Assembly: GCA_043228905.1 (NCBI GenBank)
Contig: JBHGNT010000001.1
Location: forward strand, 14,074,001 to 14,138,000
Origin: Azolla caroliniana
Lineage: Eukaryota; Plantae; Polypodiophyta
Direction: 5' to 3'
Length of the DNA: 64,000 bases
Positions 13,067 through 23,212 of the stretch are shown here, piece after piece. A model generated the notes under the pieces. The model had not been told where the DNA came from, did not search any database, and worked only from the letters and a program-made list of their open reading frames with translations. Within the stretch, counting starts at the first letter, position 1; each line of letters opens with the position of its first letter. A program made the translations under genes and the position numbers.

Positions 13067-13529
13067 ACGTAATGTGTAGGGGAATGTTCCCTGTAACCTA
13101 TCAGCATATAAGGGAGACGGCTACAACTAAATCCTTAGCAAGGGTTACACTTACGTTCTTACACGCTCAGGTCTTCAAGACACACACAGTGGATTAGCCG
13201 TAACTATACACAGAGAATCAGAGAAGATAGAATTCTATTATGAGACGTTTCTTACATTCCCAAAATTACACGCCCCCTTTATCAGAGGTTTTTTGCCCTT
13301 TATATACGCAGGGTCTATTTAGCTGTTCACGCTTCCTGCGTGAACTGTTACATGCGTTATGATCTTATATTATTTCTTATTCCTACGCTCTTGTCTGTCG
13401 GTTACTATTCCGGTGGACAACACCTGGCACACCTGTGCGACATTGCCCTGGCACGTCGGACCCATCCCGTTAATCCTCTTCCAAAATGGCCCGAATGTTT
13501 GGCTCTGTTGCTGTGTCCATGTCCGGAGG

Positions 13530-15867
13530 TGACGTAGGGCCCGTAGGTGCATCGTGGTGTGGCTCCCCTATTTGGTCGGGCTGGTTTCTCTCGGAGTCAC
13601 AGTCGCCGTGTGTGGGCGTTCTGGATACGGTGGGCTCTTCTTGAGCTAGTGGGTTGGGCTCCGCCATTGTCGTGCTTGCAGTCGGCTGCGGCTCTGCCTC
13701 CATTGTTACGTCCTCCATGGTGTCGGCCGTTTTCATACGTTCCGAGGAGTGGGGCGGAGATTCCGCCTGGCCCCCACCGTTCTCCGTGTGGTTCGATGAT
13801 AGTGTGGGCTGGTGCGGATGAACCTCCTCTTGTGCAGTGGTTTCGTTGTTTGGTACTGTGGGGGACTCCGCTCGTCAGTCCACGCTGTTCTCCATCGTTG
13901 TTATTTCTGGTGATCGGGCCTGAGGTTCCTCTTCTTCGGCCGTGCCCGGAATTGGCATCGCGCTGGATTCCTCGTTTGTGCGCGTGTTGATGGCTTGTGT
14001 GATCTGGTGAAATAGCTCCTCTTGGCTTTCACCAAAATCATCTAAGAGCTGCGCGAGTTCTTCGGAGTGTTGGTCCGCTAGCGCACGACAGTCTTGCGCT
14101 AGGTCCTCTCGTATGGCCGCAATGCTCTCCTCATTTAGTTTATAGAAACCTCGGCCGTCTTTTCGCCGGCTCTCCCAGTCCGCATGATACGCCGGCTCTC
14201 CCAGTCCCCATTTCATTGTTTAGGCGGATTTCGAGCTGATGCCTTCTTTCTTGTTCGACCACCAACTGCTCGTCGAACCATACCTTCTTTTTTTCTAATA
14301 AGGCCCGAAGTCCCACGATTGACGCCTCCGATTTCTCCGCGTCCTCCCGTAATTGGGCGTTGTCGTCTTTTGTCTGGATGTGCTGAGATACAGGCTAACA
14401 CCAATCCTCAGACAGAGAAAAGGAGCTACCTCCGTGCTGACCTTGGCCAGTTCCCGATGGACTTCGACTAGGGCCGTGTTTAATGGGGGTATCTCCATCC
14501 CCACTTGCCGTACCCCGGCATTCCTCTGTCTGCCGACCCTAGCTAACCGGTCCTCATCGTCGCTCTCCGTCGTTTGTGTTAGGGCACGCTCAATCATCTG
14601 GCGTTCTGCATGCTCTTCGGCCATTCGTTGGGCGGCTTTTACCTGTTGTGTTGCCAGGAACTCCATGAGCTCAAAAGAAGTGCTGAATTGTAAGAGGGTG
14701 TTGAACTCATGGGCCGTATCCGGGATATCCGGATATGCCAAAACCTCGCTTTCCACCATCAATACGGCTTTCCCTCGTTTGGACTGGGTCGTAATGATCG
14801 TCGTGGCTCCCAGATGATTTCGAAGGTGGTATTGGGTTTTGTAGCTGCGGAGCCATCGCCTTCGGTCGGTGTTTCTGTCGCCGTGGGGGCGTTTTTTACC
14901 AACCCCGGCCCATCTTTCCTGTCCAATCTACGATGTTTCGGTCTGGGGCTATCTTGTCGTGTTTCGGTGTTTGGCTCTGGGGCTGCTTCCATGGAACGTG
15001 CCGGATGTTCCTCCTGCGTTGTCCGTGTGTCTGGCTGGTCAGTAAGTGGTGTTGTCCTTGGGTCAGGCTGGGCGGGTTGGGGTTCTTCTTCCCACTCTGG
15101 GGCCGATAACTCCACTAACCTGCGCTTCGCGGATCGGGGCGGGGGCGTGGGCCGGCTGGGCTGCGGCGCCGACAGACCTCGAGGTGGAAATAGTACCGTA
15201 AGGTACTGTTGTATGATTGGCCTGAGCTTTTTGCCTACAGGCCTTCCCTTAACGTCGGCCCTGTGATGACCCCCCAATCGACCGCGCGCCCCTCAAAGGT
15301 ATTGATAATGATGCTCGCCTTCTGCTTAGGCATCCCATATGCGTTGACATGTACGCATCCGACTTCTAGCAGGAACTTGGCAACTTCACGAAAGAAGGGA
15401 TCCGGAATCTGTTTGGTTCTATAGGCTTTGGCGGAGGAGGAATATGGCCCGAAATATCGTTGCAGCGCCTCTGCCGGAGGGATTTCGAAATGCCTTTCGC
15501 CTAGCGATGACAGGTCCAACTTCTTCTGGATGGAGGAGTTGGTGACCGTGTCGATGTTAAGCTTCCTAGCGATGTCCATTGCATCCGGGTGTGGGGGTGC
15601 TTCTGCGACCCAGATGTACCCATCCAAGCGTTTATCCACGAGCCATCGGCGTAAGGCAGTAGAGATGAAGATCGTCATCGCCAGAGGAGGTTCGTGGGAA
15701 GGAGACTAGTGGTTGCGGTGGCCTGAAGTTGTGTGATAGGATGGAGGAGAAGGTGAGGGGGAGGAGCGATGGAAGCGCTGATAGCTACAATATGAGTTTC
15801 TATTTTGTGCAAAAAAGCTTTTGTTTCCTTCTTTTTGTGGCTTAGGGTTCATTGGGCGGTGAGCCAT
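13530..15867 (-). pseudogene. Extra ORF of element C downstream of integrase (frameshifted, ~750 codons, function unknown)
   Basis: Chain of same-strand ORFs 15867>15235>14759>14295>13875>13470; FEGRAVDWG motif, Pro-rich linker, acidic helical C-terminus. Confidence 0.65.
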
Positions 15868-16049
15868 CGTGGTGCCGCGTGTTCTTGAACTAGGAGTTTG
15901 TGCATGCCTTTAGTCGTTTTAATAGTCGCTATCTTCTCCTTTTTCTTTTTCTTTTCGTAACAGTTATCTACAACCTATTTTTACATTATGGTACAAGTGG
16001 GGCCGCTCATTTACGGTGCGGGTTCTACGGCTCTGTCCTGTTCGGCGGT

Positions 16050-17585
16050 GAATGGGTTAGGTGGCGTAGGGCCCAGGTAAGGTTTGAGCCGAAACCCATT
16101 CACCTTTTGCCGGACTACTTCCCCAGCCAGTGTACCTAGTTGGAATGTGCCTTGTTCCACTCAAATTATCGAGTACGGGCCGGTCTAGCGGAATCGTAAC
16201 TTCCCCGGCATATGGCCCATGCGAGTTTGGAAAACCAGCACTACTCAACCCACGGCGAACTCCATTTCCCTTGCGATCCGATGTTGATCCACAAACGCTT
16301 TACGCCGTCGCTGTTCCTGCTCCAACACAGCCATGCTGTGGACGCGTTTTTCCCCTAGTTCAAGGAGTTGGTGGAGCTGTACCTCCTCCGACATGGCTTC
16401 TGATAGTCAATTCCGTACCTGAATTCACAAACTAGGAACCTAAAATTCGATCGGCATCACAACCTCCAGCCCAAACGCTAGTCGAAACGGTGTTGATTGT
16501 ATGCTTGTTTTGTAGCTGGTTCTGTACGCCCATAACGCACTCTGTAGTTTGGTATCCCAGTCCGTTCTATTTTCATTGACGATTTTCTTCAAAATGGTCT
16601 ACAACGTCTTGTTGGTGGATTCTTCTAATCCATTCGCCTGCGGATAATATGGTGTACTCTTCTTATGGACTACGGCGTAATGATGTATTAGTTCTCGAAC
16701 AACGGCATTTAGAAAGTGGCTCCCCTGGTCACTGATAAGCTCAATCGGACAGCCGAACCAGCACCAGATGTGCTCATAAAGGAATTTGGCTGTGACGGCC
16801 GCCGTATTTTTCACGTAGTGCCTTTGCTTCTACCCATTTGGTGCAATAATCTGTGGCTACCAATATGTATTTATTGCCCGTACGGGCTGCCGCCGGTGTG
16901 AAGGGCCCCACAAAATCCAATCCCCACTTTTGGAAGGGGTCTAGCGGTAACACGGGCTGGTGTGGCATCCTTGCACCCTCCGCGGGTTATCCCATCCGTT
17001 GACACAAATCACACTTTCTACAATACGCGGATGCGTCCTTCTGCGTTGTTGGCCACCATAAGCCCGCTTGCCATACTTTCCAGGCTATAACGTCGCCCGC
17101 GTAATGGTCGTCTGTCGTGCCGCAATGTGCCTCCTGTAAAACTGCTTCCTTCTCATCCTACCGTACCCCACGTCGCCAAATGATGTCACTTCCTTTGTGA
17201 TATAAAACGCCTTCGACGAGGCAGAAGTGACGGCTTCGGACGACTAGTCATTTCTTCTCGTCCATGCGTAATTGTGGTGGAGGCAATCCCGTAATAAAAA
17301 AGTACGTCATTTCCATAAGCCACAAGTCCGGAAAGGTCGATTCTGTTCTTTCTGCTAGTGTCGCTACCCGCAGGATATCGGCATCCGGAAAATCTTCGTC
17401 ATCTTTCTGTACTGTTTCTCCATTCTCAAGTCTGCTCAAAAAATCCGCCACTTTGTGTTGCGTCCCTGGTCAGTGTTGGATTACAAAATCAAATTCCTGG
17501 AGCAGCAACATCCACCGCGCCAATTTCCCTGTCAGGGCTTGTTTCTCCACCAAAAACAGTAGCGCCGAATGATCTACGTGGAACG
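16050..17585 (-). pseudogene. Element C RNase H end and integrase
   Basis: [47 protein letters not shown]. Confidence 0.9.
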
Positions 17586-18052
17586 TGTTATTCGCAGTGC
17601 TCGGCCACAACCGAGAAATAGGATTAACTTTCAGAAAACAGGAATTACAAAATACACGAAGATAATGGGGAGAAGAGTACACAGGATATTTTACGTGGAA
17701 AACCCTAAGTGGGAAAAACCACGGGAGTCCTCAAACTCCAACTATTACTATATGCAGAGATGTACAATGATGAAGCTACAAGGCAACAACCTTGAGCTCA
17801 CAGTCTTCGCCACAGGCGGCGGTAATACACTGAGGCAACGACCTCTTCGTCTCTCACACTCTCTCGGCTGCTCTCACTTCGCTCCCTCTTCGTGGAAAAC
17901 AGAAAATGAGCAACGACATAAAACTGTTTGCCCTAAGTCATATTTATACACATATGACTTTTGGGCTATTTACAAATATAGCCTCAAGGGCTCTTGGCAA
18001 ACATATTCACAAATATGTCCCCGCATCCGGATCTCTCTCCGGGTACATTCGT

Positions 18053-18220
18053 CATCCGGCTCCGTAACCGGGGTCTTCAGCATCCGGCTCCGTAACCGGG
18101 GTCTTCATCATCCGGCTCCGTAACCGGGGTCTTCATCATCCGGCTCCGTAACCGGGGTCTTCAGCATCCGGCTCCGTAACCGGGGTCTTCATCATCCGGC
18201 TCCGTAACCGGGGTCTTCAT
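18053..18220. repeat. 28-bp tandem repeat x6 in element D's 3' LTR
   Basis: CATCCGGCTCCGTAACCGGGGTCTTCA(G/T). Confidence 0.95.
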
Positions 18221-18365
18221 CATCCGGCTCCGTATCCGGGTACTCTTTATCCGGCTTCATGCCGGGTACTCTTCATCATCCGGTTCCGTAACCGCAACCG
18301 GGCTTGCCGTCATTCATCTCCGGACATCCCATCCGGAGGGACCGAAATCCCAACAAACTCCCCCT

Positions 18366-21300
18366 TCACTTCGGCATGGGATGTCTCTCCAATCCGACTC
18401 TCTTCCGGCACGCTCCCAGCTTGTCGGGTGTGAGCACTTTGGTCAGCATATCCGACCCGTTCTCGTCCGTGTGGACCTTCGTCAGCACGAACTCCTTGTC
18501 TTCTATCCTTTCCCGGATCCAGTGATATCTTCGCTGGATGTGCTTCGTCCGGGAGTGATAGGCTGCGTTCTTCGCAAGGTGGATGGCACTCTGACTGTCG
18601 CAGTAGAGTCGGTACTCCTCCTGCTGGATACCGAGCTCTCTAATGAAGTCCTTCATCCATATTATTTCTTTGCCGGCTTCAACAGCCGCCATGTACTCCG
18701 CCTCCGTGGTTGACAACGCAACCGTCTTCTGCAGCCTCGACTGCCACGAAACAGCTCCCCCTGCATACGTCATCACATACCCTGATGTGGACCGGCTGGT
18801 ATCTGCATCAGCCGACATATCAGAATCAGTAAAGCCTTCGAGTTCGGGCTTACCGGAGCCGAATCGGAGGCACACGTTTGCCGTGCCCTTCAGGTATCGG
18901 AGTATCCACTTGACCGCGTTCCAGTGCTCTTTGCCGGGATTGCTCATGTACCGGCTCACCACTCCAACTGCATATCCTATGTCCGGTCTTGTACACACCA
19001 TTGCGTACATTAAGCTTCCGACGGCAGAGGCATATGGTACTTTCATCATGTCCTCCTTCTCAGCCTTTGTCTTGGGGCTTTGCTTGCTGGACAACTTGCA
19101 GTTTCCCGGGAGGGTTGACCCGACCGGTCTTGCTTCCGACATGTTGAACCGGTGAAGCACCTTTGTCACGTACTTCTCCTGTGACAGCCACAACTGCTTC
19201 TTCTTCCGGTCCCGGATGATGTGCATCCCTAATATTTGCCTCGCCGGACCCAGGTCCTTCATTGAGAAGGTTCGGTGAAGCGCTTTCTTCAGCGTCCGTA
19301 TCTTGACCTGGTCCCGTCCGACGATCAACATGTCGTCCACGTATAGGAGGAGTATTAGAGAGTCTCCTCCTTCGAACTTCTTCACAAACACGCAGTGATC
19401 GGACTGCGTTTTGTGGTACCCTTCGTCGGTCATGAAGGAGTCGAACTTCCGGTACCATTGCCGGGGAGCCTGCTTCAATCCGTACAGGCTTTTCTTCAAT
19501 CGGCATACCAGGTGCTCCTTCCCTTTCTTCTCGAATCCTTCCGGTTGCTGCATGTAGATCTCTTCTTCGAGGTCACCGTGAAGGAATGCCGTCTTCACGT
19601 CCATCTGTTCTACCTCGAGGTCCATGCTTGCCGCTATGCTCAGCACCATCCGGATGGAGGTCATCTTCACTACCGGGGCGAATATCTCGTCGAAGTCGAC
19701 GCCCTTCTTCTGCTGAAACCCCTTCACCACGATCCTGGCTTTGTATCTCGGGGGGTTTCCGGCATCTCCCGGTTTCAGCTTGAACACCCACTTGTTTCGA
19801 AGTGCCCGCTTTCCTTTCGGCAACTCCACAAGTTCATATGTGTGGTTCTCATGCAGGGAATCCATCTCGTCCTGCATGGCACTCAACCACCTGCGGCTCT
19901 GGGTGTCATGCTTTGCTTCTTCAAAGCTCTCCGGCTCCCCTTCGTCGGTTAGCAGCACGTGCTCTGGTTCCGGAAATCTCCGGGGGGCCCTTCTCTCTCT
20001 TAGAGGATATCTCCGTTCCGGAGCTTCGGTAACCGGTTCTTCCGATTCTTCTTCATCCGAATCCATTTCGGGATCGGGGCCGGTTCCGGTATCATTTTCA
20101 TCTTCTTCGGCCGGTTCTGTTTCTTCATAGTCTTCGGCCGGATCCTCGAGTGTTAACCGGTCCCTTGCCGGTCGGGACTGCTCCTCGTAGAGTTGATCCT
20201 CACCGATCGACTTGGAGCTCTTCATCTTCTTCTCCGACTCCCAGTCGGCGAGTGTCTTGTCCTCCATGAAGATGATGTCTCGACTCCTGAATATCTTCTT
20301 GTCGACCGGGTCCCATACTCGGTAGCCGAACTCGTCGTCGCCGTAACCGAGGAATATGCATGGCCGGGTCTTTGGATCTAGCTTTCCTCTCCGGTCCTTT
20401 GCCACATGCACGTATGCGAGACACCCGAACACCTTCAGATGCCGGTAGGACACTTCCTTACCGGTCCACACTTTCTGCGGCGTGTCTCCATCCAAAGGTA
20501 CTGAGGGTGATCTGTTTATCACGTATGTCGCCGTCGACATTGCCTCAGCCCAAAACCCCTTGGGTAATTTCGCATGTGCCAGCATACTCCGGACCCTCTC
20601 CATTATGGTCCGGTTCATCCTCTCGGCCAGCCCGTTTAGTTCCGGCGTCTTCGGCACAGTAAACTCGAGCCGGATTCCCTTCGAGCGACAGTACTCCTGG
20701 AACTGCCCCCGGTATTCCCCTCCGTTATCCGCTCGTATCGCTTTCAACTTCTTGCCGGATTCTCTTTCCACTCTCGCGTGGAGTTCTTTGAAGACGGACA
20801 ACACTTGGTCCTTTGTCTTCAACGGCGCCGTCCACAGCTTCCGGCTGTGATCATCAATGAAAGTCACGAAGTACAGGGCTCCGCCATGTGACTTCGTTTC
20901 TACCTGACACACATCAGTGTGCACCAACTCCAATGGTGCGCTACGTCTCGTCGGTGGCCTTGAGTGGAAGGAGGTTCGGTTCTGCTTACCGGCCAGGCAA
21001 TCGGTGCACTTCTCCAGATGCACATGCTTCACTGGAATGAGGTTGTCTTCTGCAAGCCTCTTCATCCCCTTCTCACTCATGTGGCACAGTCTCTTGTGCC
21101 ACAGCTCACCGGCAGTGTCGGCTGCCACGTTCAGCTCCTCCGGACATAGCCGGGAATTCATCAGGTACAGGGTGTTGACCTTCCGGGCCCGAGCCACTAT
21201 CAGGCTCCCCTTGCTGAACTTCATGACACCGTTCCGGATGCTACCCGTGTAGCCTTCATCATCTAGCCTCCCGGCCGAGATCAGGTTCAATCGGACCTCC

Positions 21301-22439
21301 GGAACGTGTCGCACATCCTTCAACAGCATCTTGCATCCGGTTGATGTCAACAGCCACACGTCTCCTATGCCGGCAATCCGGCATGTGCCTTCATTTCCCA
21401 TCCGGACACAGCCGTGCTCACCGGCTGTGTAGGATGAGAAGTATTTCTTCTCCGGGGTCAGGTGGAACGACGCTCCGGAATCGACCACCCAGGTCATCTC
21501 TACACCGGCAAGGTTCAGCTCCTTCTCTTCGGTAATAAGCATTATCTCTTCTTCACTTGCCGCAAGTGCCGTCGTTCCTTTCCGGTCCTGCCCTCGCCGA
21601 TCCGGACCTCTCCGGTCTGTGGCTCCCCGGTATGCACCGTTTCTCTCCGGTGACTTCTTCGAATCGGTGTCGTCGGCTCCGTTGTCCTTTCGGTAGTGCC
21701 GACAATTCTTCCGGAAGTGCCCCGGCTTCCCACAGTGGAAGCATGTTGGCCTTCCTCTTGACTGCGACCGGGTCCCCGACTTCTCCCGTCTTTGCGGACT
21801 CCGGTTCCATTGTCTTCCCCGATCCGATTCGGTAAGCAGCATCTTCTGATCAGAAACCGGTTCTTTATCTCTCCGACGCGCTTCTTCGTTCAAAATACTT
21901 GTCTTTACCGTTTGTAGGGACAAGTTATCTTCGGTGCAGGAGGTGCTGAGAGTCACCACCAAGTTCTCCCAGCTGTCCGGCAATGTACACATCAGGATGA
22001 TGGCTTGCATTGCATCCTCCAACGGGAACTTGATCGCCGCAAGCTGGTTCACGAATCCCATGAACGTGCTTACGTGTTCCACCATACTCTCGCCGTCCCG
22101 GTACTTGAGGTTCACTATCTTCCTCATCAGGGAGGTCCGGTTCAACGCATTCTTCCTCTCATAGAGGCCCGACAGCTTCTTCCACATCTCATAGGCGTTC
22201 GTATCGTTCGCCACATGTTGCAGGACACTTACATCGACATATTGCCGGATCGTCGCTACGGCTTTCCGGTTCAGGAGCTTCCACTCCGACTCTATTACCC
22301 CCTTGGGTATCTCGGCATTGTCGATCGGTTCGTATAGGTCTCGGACGATGAGAAGGTCTTCCATCTTTATCTTCCAGTCGGCGTAGTTCTGTGAGTTCAA
22401 CACCATCATGCCAGGGGGCCCACTACCGCCGCCTTCCAT
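18366..22439 (-). CDS. Intact copia gag-pol polyprotein, 1357 aa (gag, CCHC knuckle, protease, integrase, RT, RNase H)
   Basis: CFHCGKPGHFRKNC, VVDSGAS, ELVHTDV, QMDVKTAFLHG, LLYVDDM, LSTTEAEY, KHIQRRYH. Confidence 0.97.
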   Translation of the reverse strand: MEGGGSGPPGMMVLNSQNYADWKIKMEDLLIVRDLYEPIDNAEIPKGVIESEWKLLNRKAVATIRQYVDVSVLQHVANDTNAYEMWKKLSGLYERKNALNRTSLMRKIVNLKYRDGESMVEHVSTFMGFVNQLAAIKFPLEDAMQAIILMCTLPDSWENLVVTLSTSCTEDNLSLQTVKTSILNEEARRRDKEPVSDQKMLLTESDRGRQWNRSPQRREKSGTRSQSRGRPTCFHCGKPGHFRKNCRHYRKDNGADDTDSKKSPERNGAYRGATDRRGPDRRGQDRKGTTALAASEEEIMLITEEKELNLAGVEMTWVVDSGASFHLTPEKKYFSSYTAGEHGCVRMGNEGTCRIAGIGDVWLLTSTGCKMLLKDVRHVPEVRLNLISAGRLDDEGYTGSIRNGVMKFSKGSLIVARARKVNTLYLMNSRLCPEELNVAADTAGELWHKRLCHMSEKGMKRLAEDNLIPVKHVHLEKCTDCLAGKQNRTSFHSRPPTRRSAPLELVHTDVCQVETKSHGGALYFVTFIDDHSRKLWTAPLKTKDQVLSVFKELHARVERESGKKLKAIRADNGGEYRGQFQEYCRSKGIRLEFTVPKTPELNGLAERMNRTIMERVRSMLAHAKLPKGFWAEAMSTATYVINRSPSVPLDGDTPQKVWTGKEVSYRHLKVFGCLAYVHVAKDRRGKLDPKTRPCIFLGYGDDEFGYRVWDPVDKKIFRSRDIIFMEDKTLADWESEKKMKSSKSIGEDQLYEEQSRPARDRLTLEDPAEDYEETEPAEEDENDTGTGPDPEMDSDEEESEEPVTEAPERRYPLRERRAPRRFPEPEHVLLTDEGEPESFEEAKHDTQSRRWLSAMQDEMDSLHENHTYELVELPKGKRALRNKWVFKLKPGDAGNPPRYKARIVVKGFQQKKGVDFDEIFAPVVKMTSIRMVLSIAASMDLEVEQMDVKTAFLHGDLEEEIYMQQPEGFEKKGKEHLVCRLKKSLYGLKQAPRQWYRKFDSFMTDEGYHKTQSDHCVFVKKFEGGDSLILLLYVDDMLIVGRDQVKIRTLKKALHRTFSMKDLGPARQILGMHIIRDRKKKQLWLSQEKYVTKVLHRFNMSEARPVGSTLPGNCKLSSKQSPKTKAEKEDMMKVPYASAVGSLMYAMVCTRPDIGYAVGVVSRYMSNPGKEHWNAVKWILRYLKGTANVCLRFGSGKPELEGFTDSDMSADADTSRSTSGYVMTYAGGAVSWQSRLQKTVALSTTEAEYMAAVEAGKEIIWMKDFIRELGIQQEEYRLYCDSQSAIHLAKNAAYHSRTKHIQRRYHWIRERIEDKEFVLTKVHTDENGSDMLTKVLTPDKLGACRKRVGLERHPMPK

Positions 22440-22937
22440 TTTCTGTGTTACCGTCGCTCTGATACCAATTTGTTATTCGCAGTGCTCGGCCACAACCGAG
22501 AAATAGGATTAACTTTCAGAAAACAGGAATTACAAAATACACGAAGATAATGGGGAGAAGAGTACACAGGATATTTTACGTGGAAAACCCTAAGTGGGAA
22601 AAACCACGGGAGTCCTCAAACTCCAACTATTACTATATGCAGAGATGTACAATGATGAAGCTACAAGGCAACAACCTTGAGCTCACAGTCTTCGCCACAG
22701 GCGGCGGTAATACACTGAGGCAACGACCTCTTCGTCTCTCACACTCTCTCGGCTGCTCTCACTTCGCTCCCTCTTCGTGGAAAACAGAAAATGAGCAACG
22801 ACATAAAACTGTTTGCCCTAAGTCATATTTATACACATATGACTTTTGGGCTACTTACAAATATAGCCTCAAGGGCTCTTGGCAAACATATTCACAAATA
22901 TGTCCCCGCATCCGGATCTCTCTCCGGGTACATTCGT

Positions 22938-23077
22938 CATCCGGCTCCGTAACCGGGGTCTTCAGCATCCGGCTCCGTAACCGGGGTCTTCATCATCCGG
23001 CTCCGTAACCGGGGTCTTCATCATCCGGCTCCGTAACCGGGGTCTTCATCATCCGGCTCCGTAACCGGGGTCTTCAT
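22938..23077. repeat. Same 28-bp tandem repeat x5 in element D's 5' LTR
   Basis: Units counted directly. Confidence 0.95.
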
Positions 23078-23212
23078 CATCCGGCTCCGTATCCGGGTAC
23101 TCTTTATCCGGCTTCATGCCGGGTACTCTTCATCATCCGGTTCCGTAACCGCAACCGGGCTTGCCGTCATTCATCTCCGGACATCCCATCCGGAGGGACC
23201 GAAATCCCAACA

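Larger units (their letters stand above)
17586..23212 (-). mobile_element. Element D: complete, very young Ty1/copia (Tork/Tnt1-like); LTRs 22471-23212 (5') and 17586-18355 (3'); TSD GAACG
   Basis: Near-identical LTRs TGTT..CAACA; iMet PBS 22456-22467; PPT 18356-18365; GAACG at 17581-17585 and 23213-23217. Confidence 0.97.

Noticed and set aside
17569-18123. 184-aa and 152-aa plus-strand ORFs (also 22550-23008)
   Set aside because: Antisense ORFs inside element D's LTRs; their duplication is just LTR identity.
18053-18220. 28-bp repeats as a CRISPR array
   Set aside because: Units are contiguous with no spacers, lie in both LTRs, and there are no cas genes.
18381-22337. Many plus-strand ORFs opposite the copia polyprotein
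   Set aside because: Shadow ORFs of a GC-rich coding sequence.
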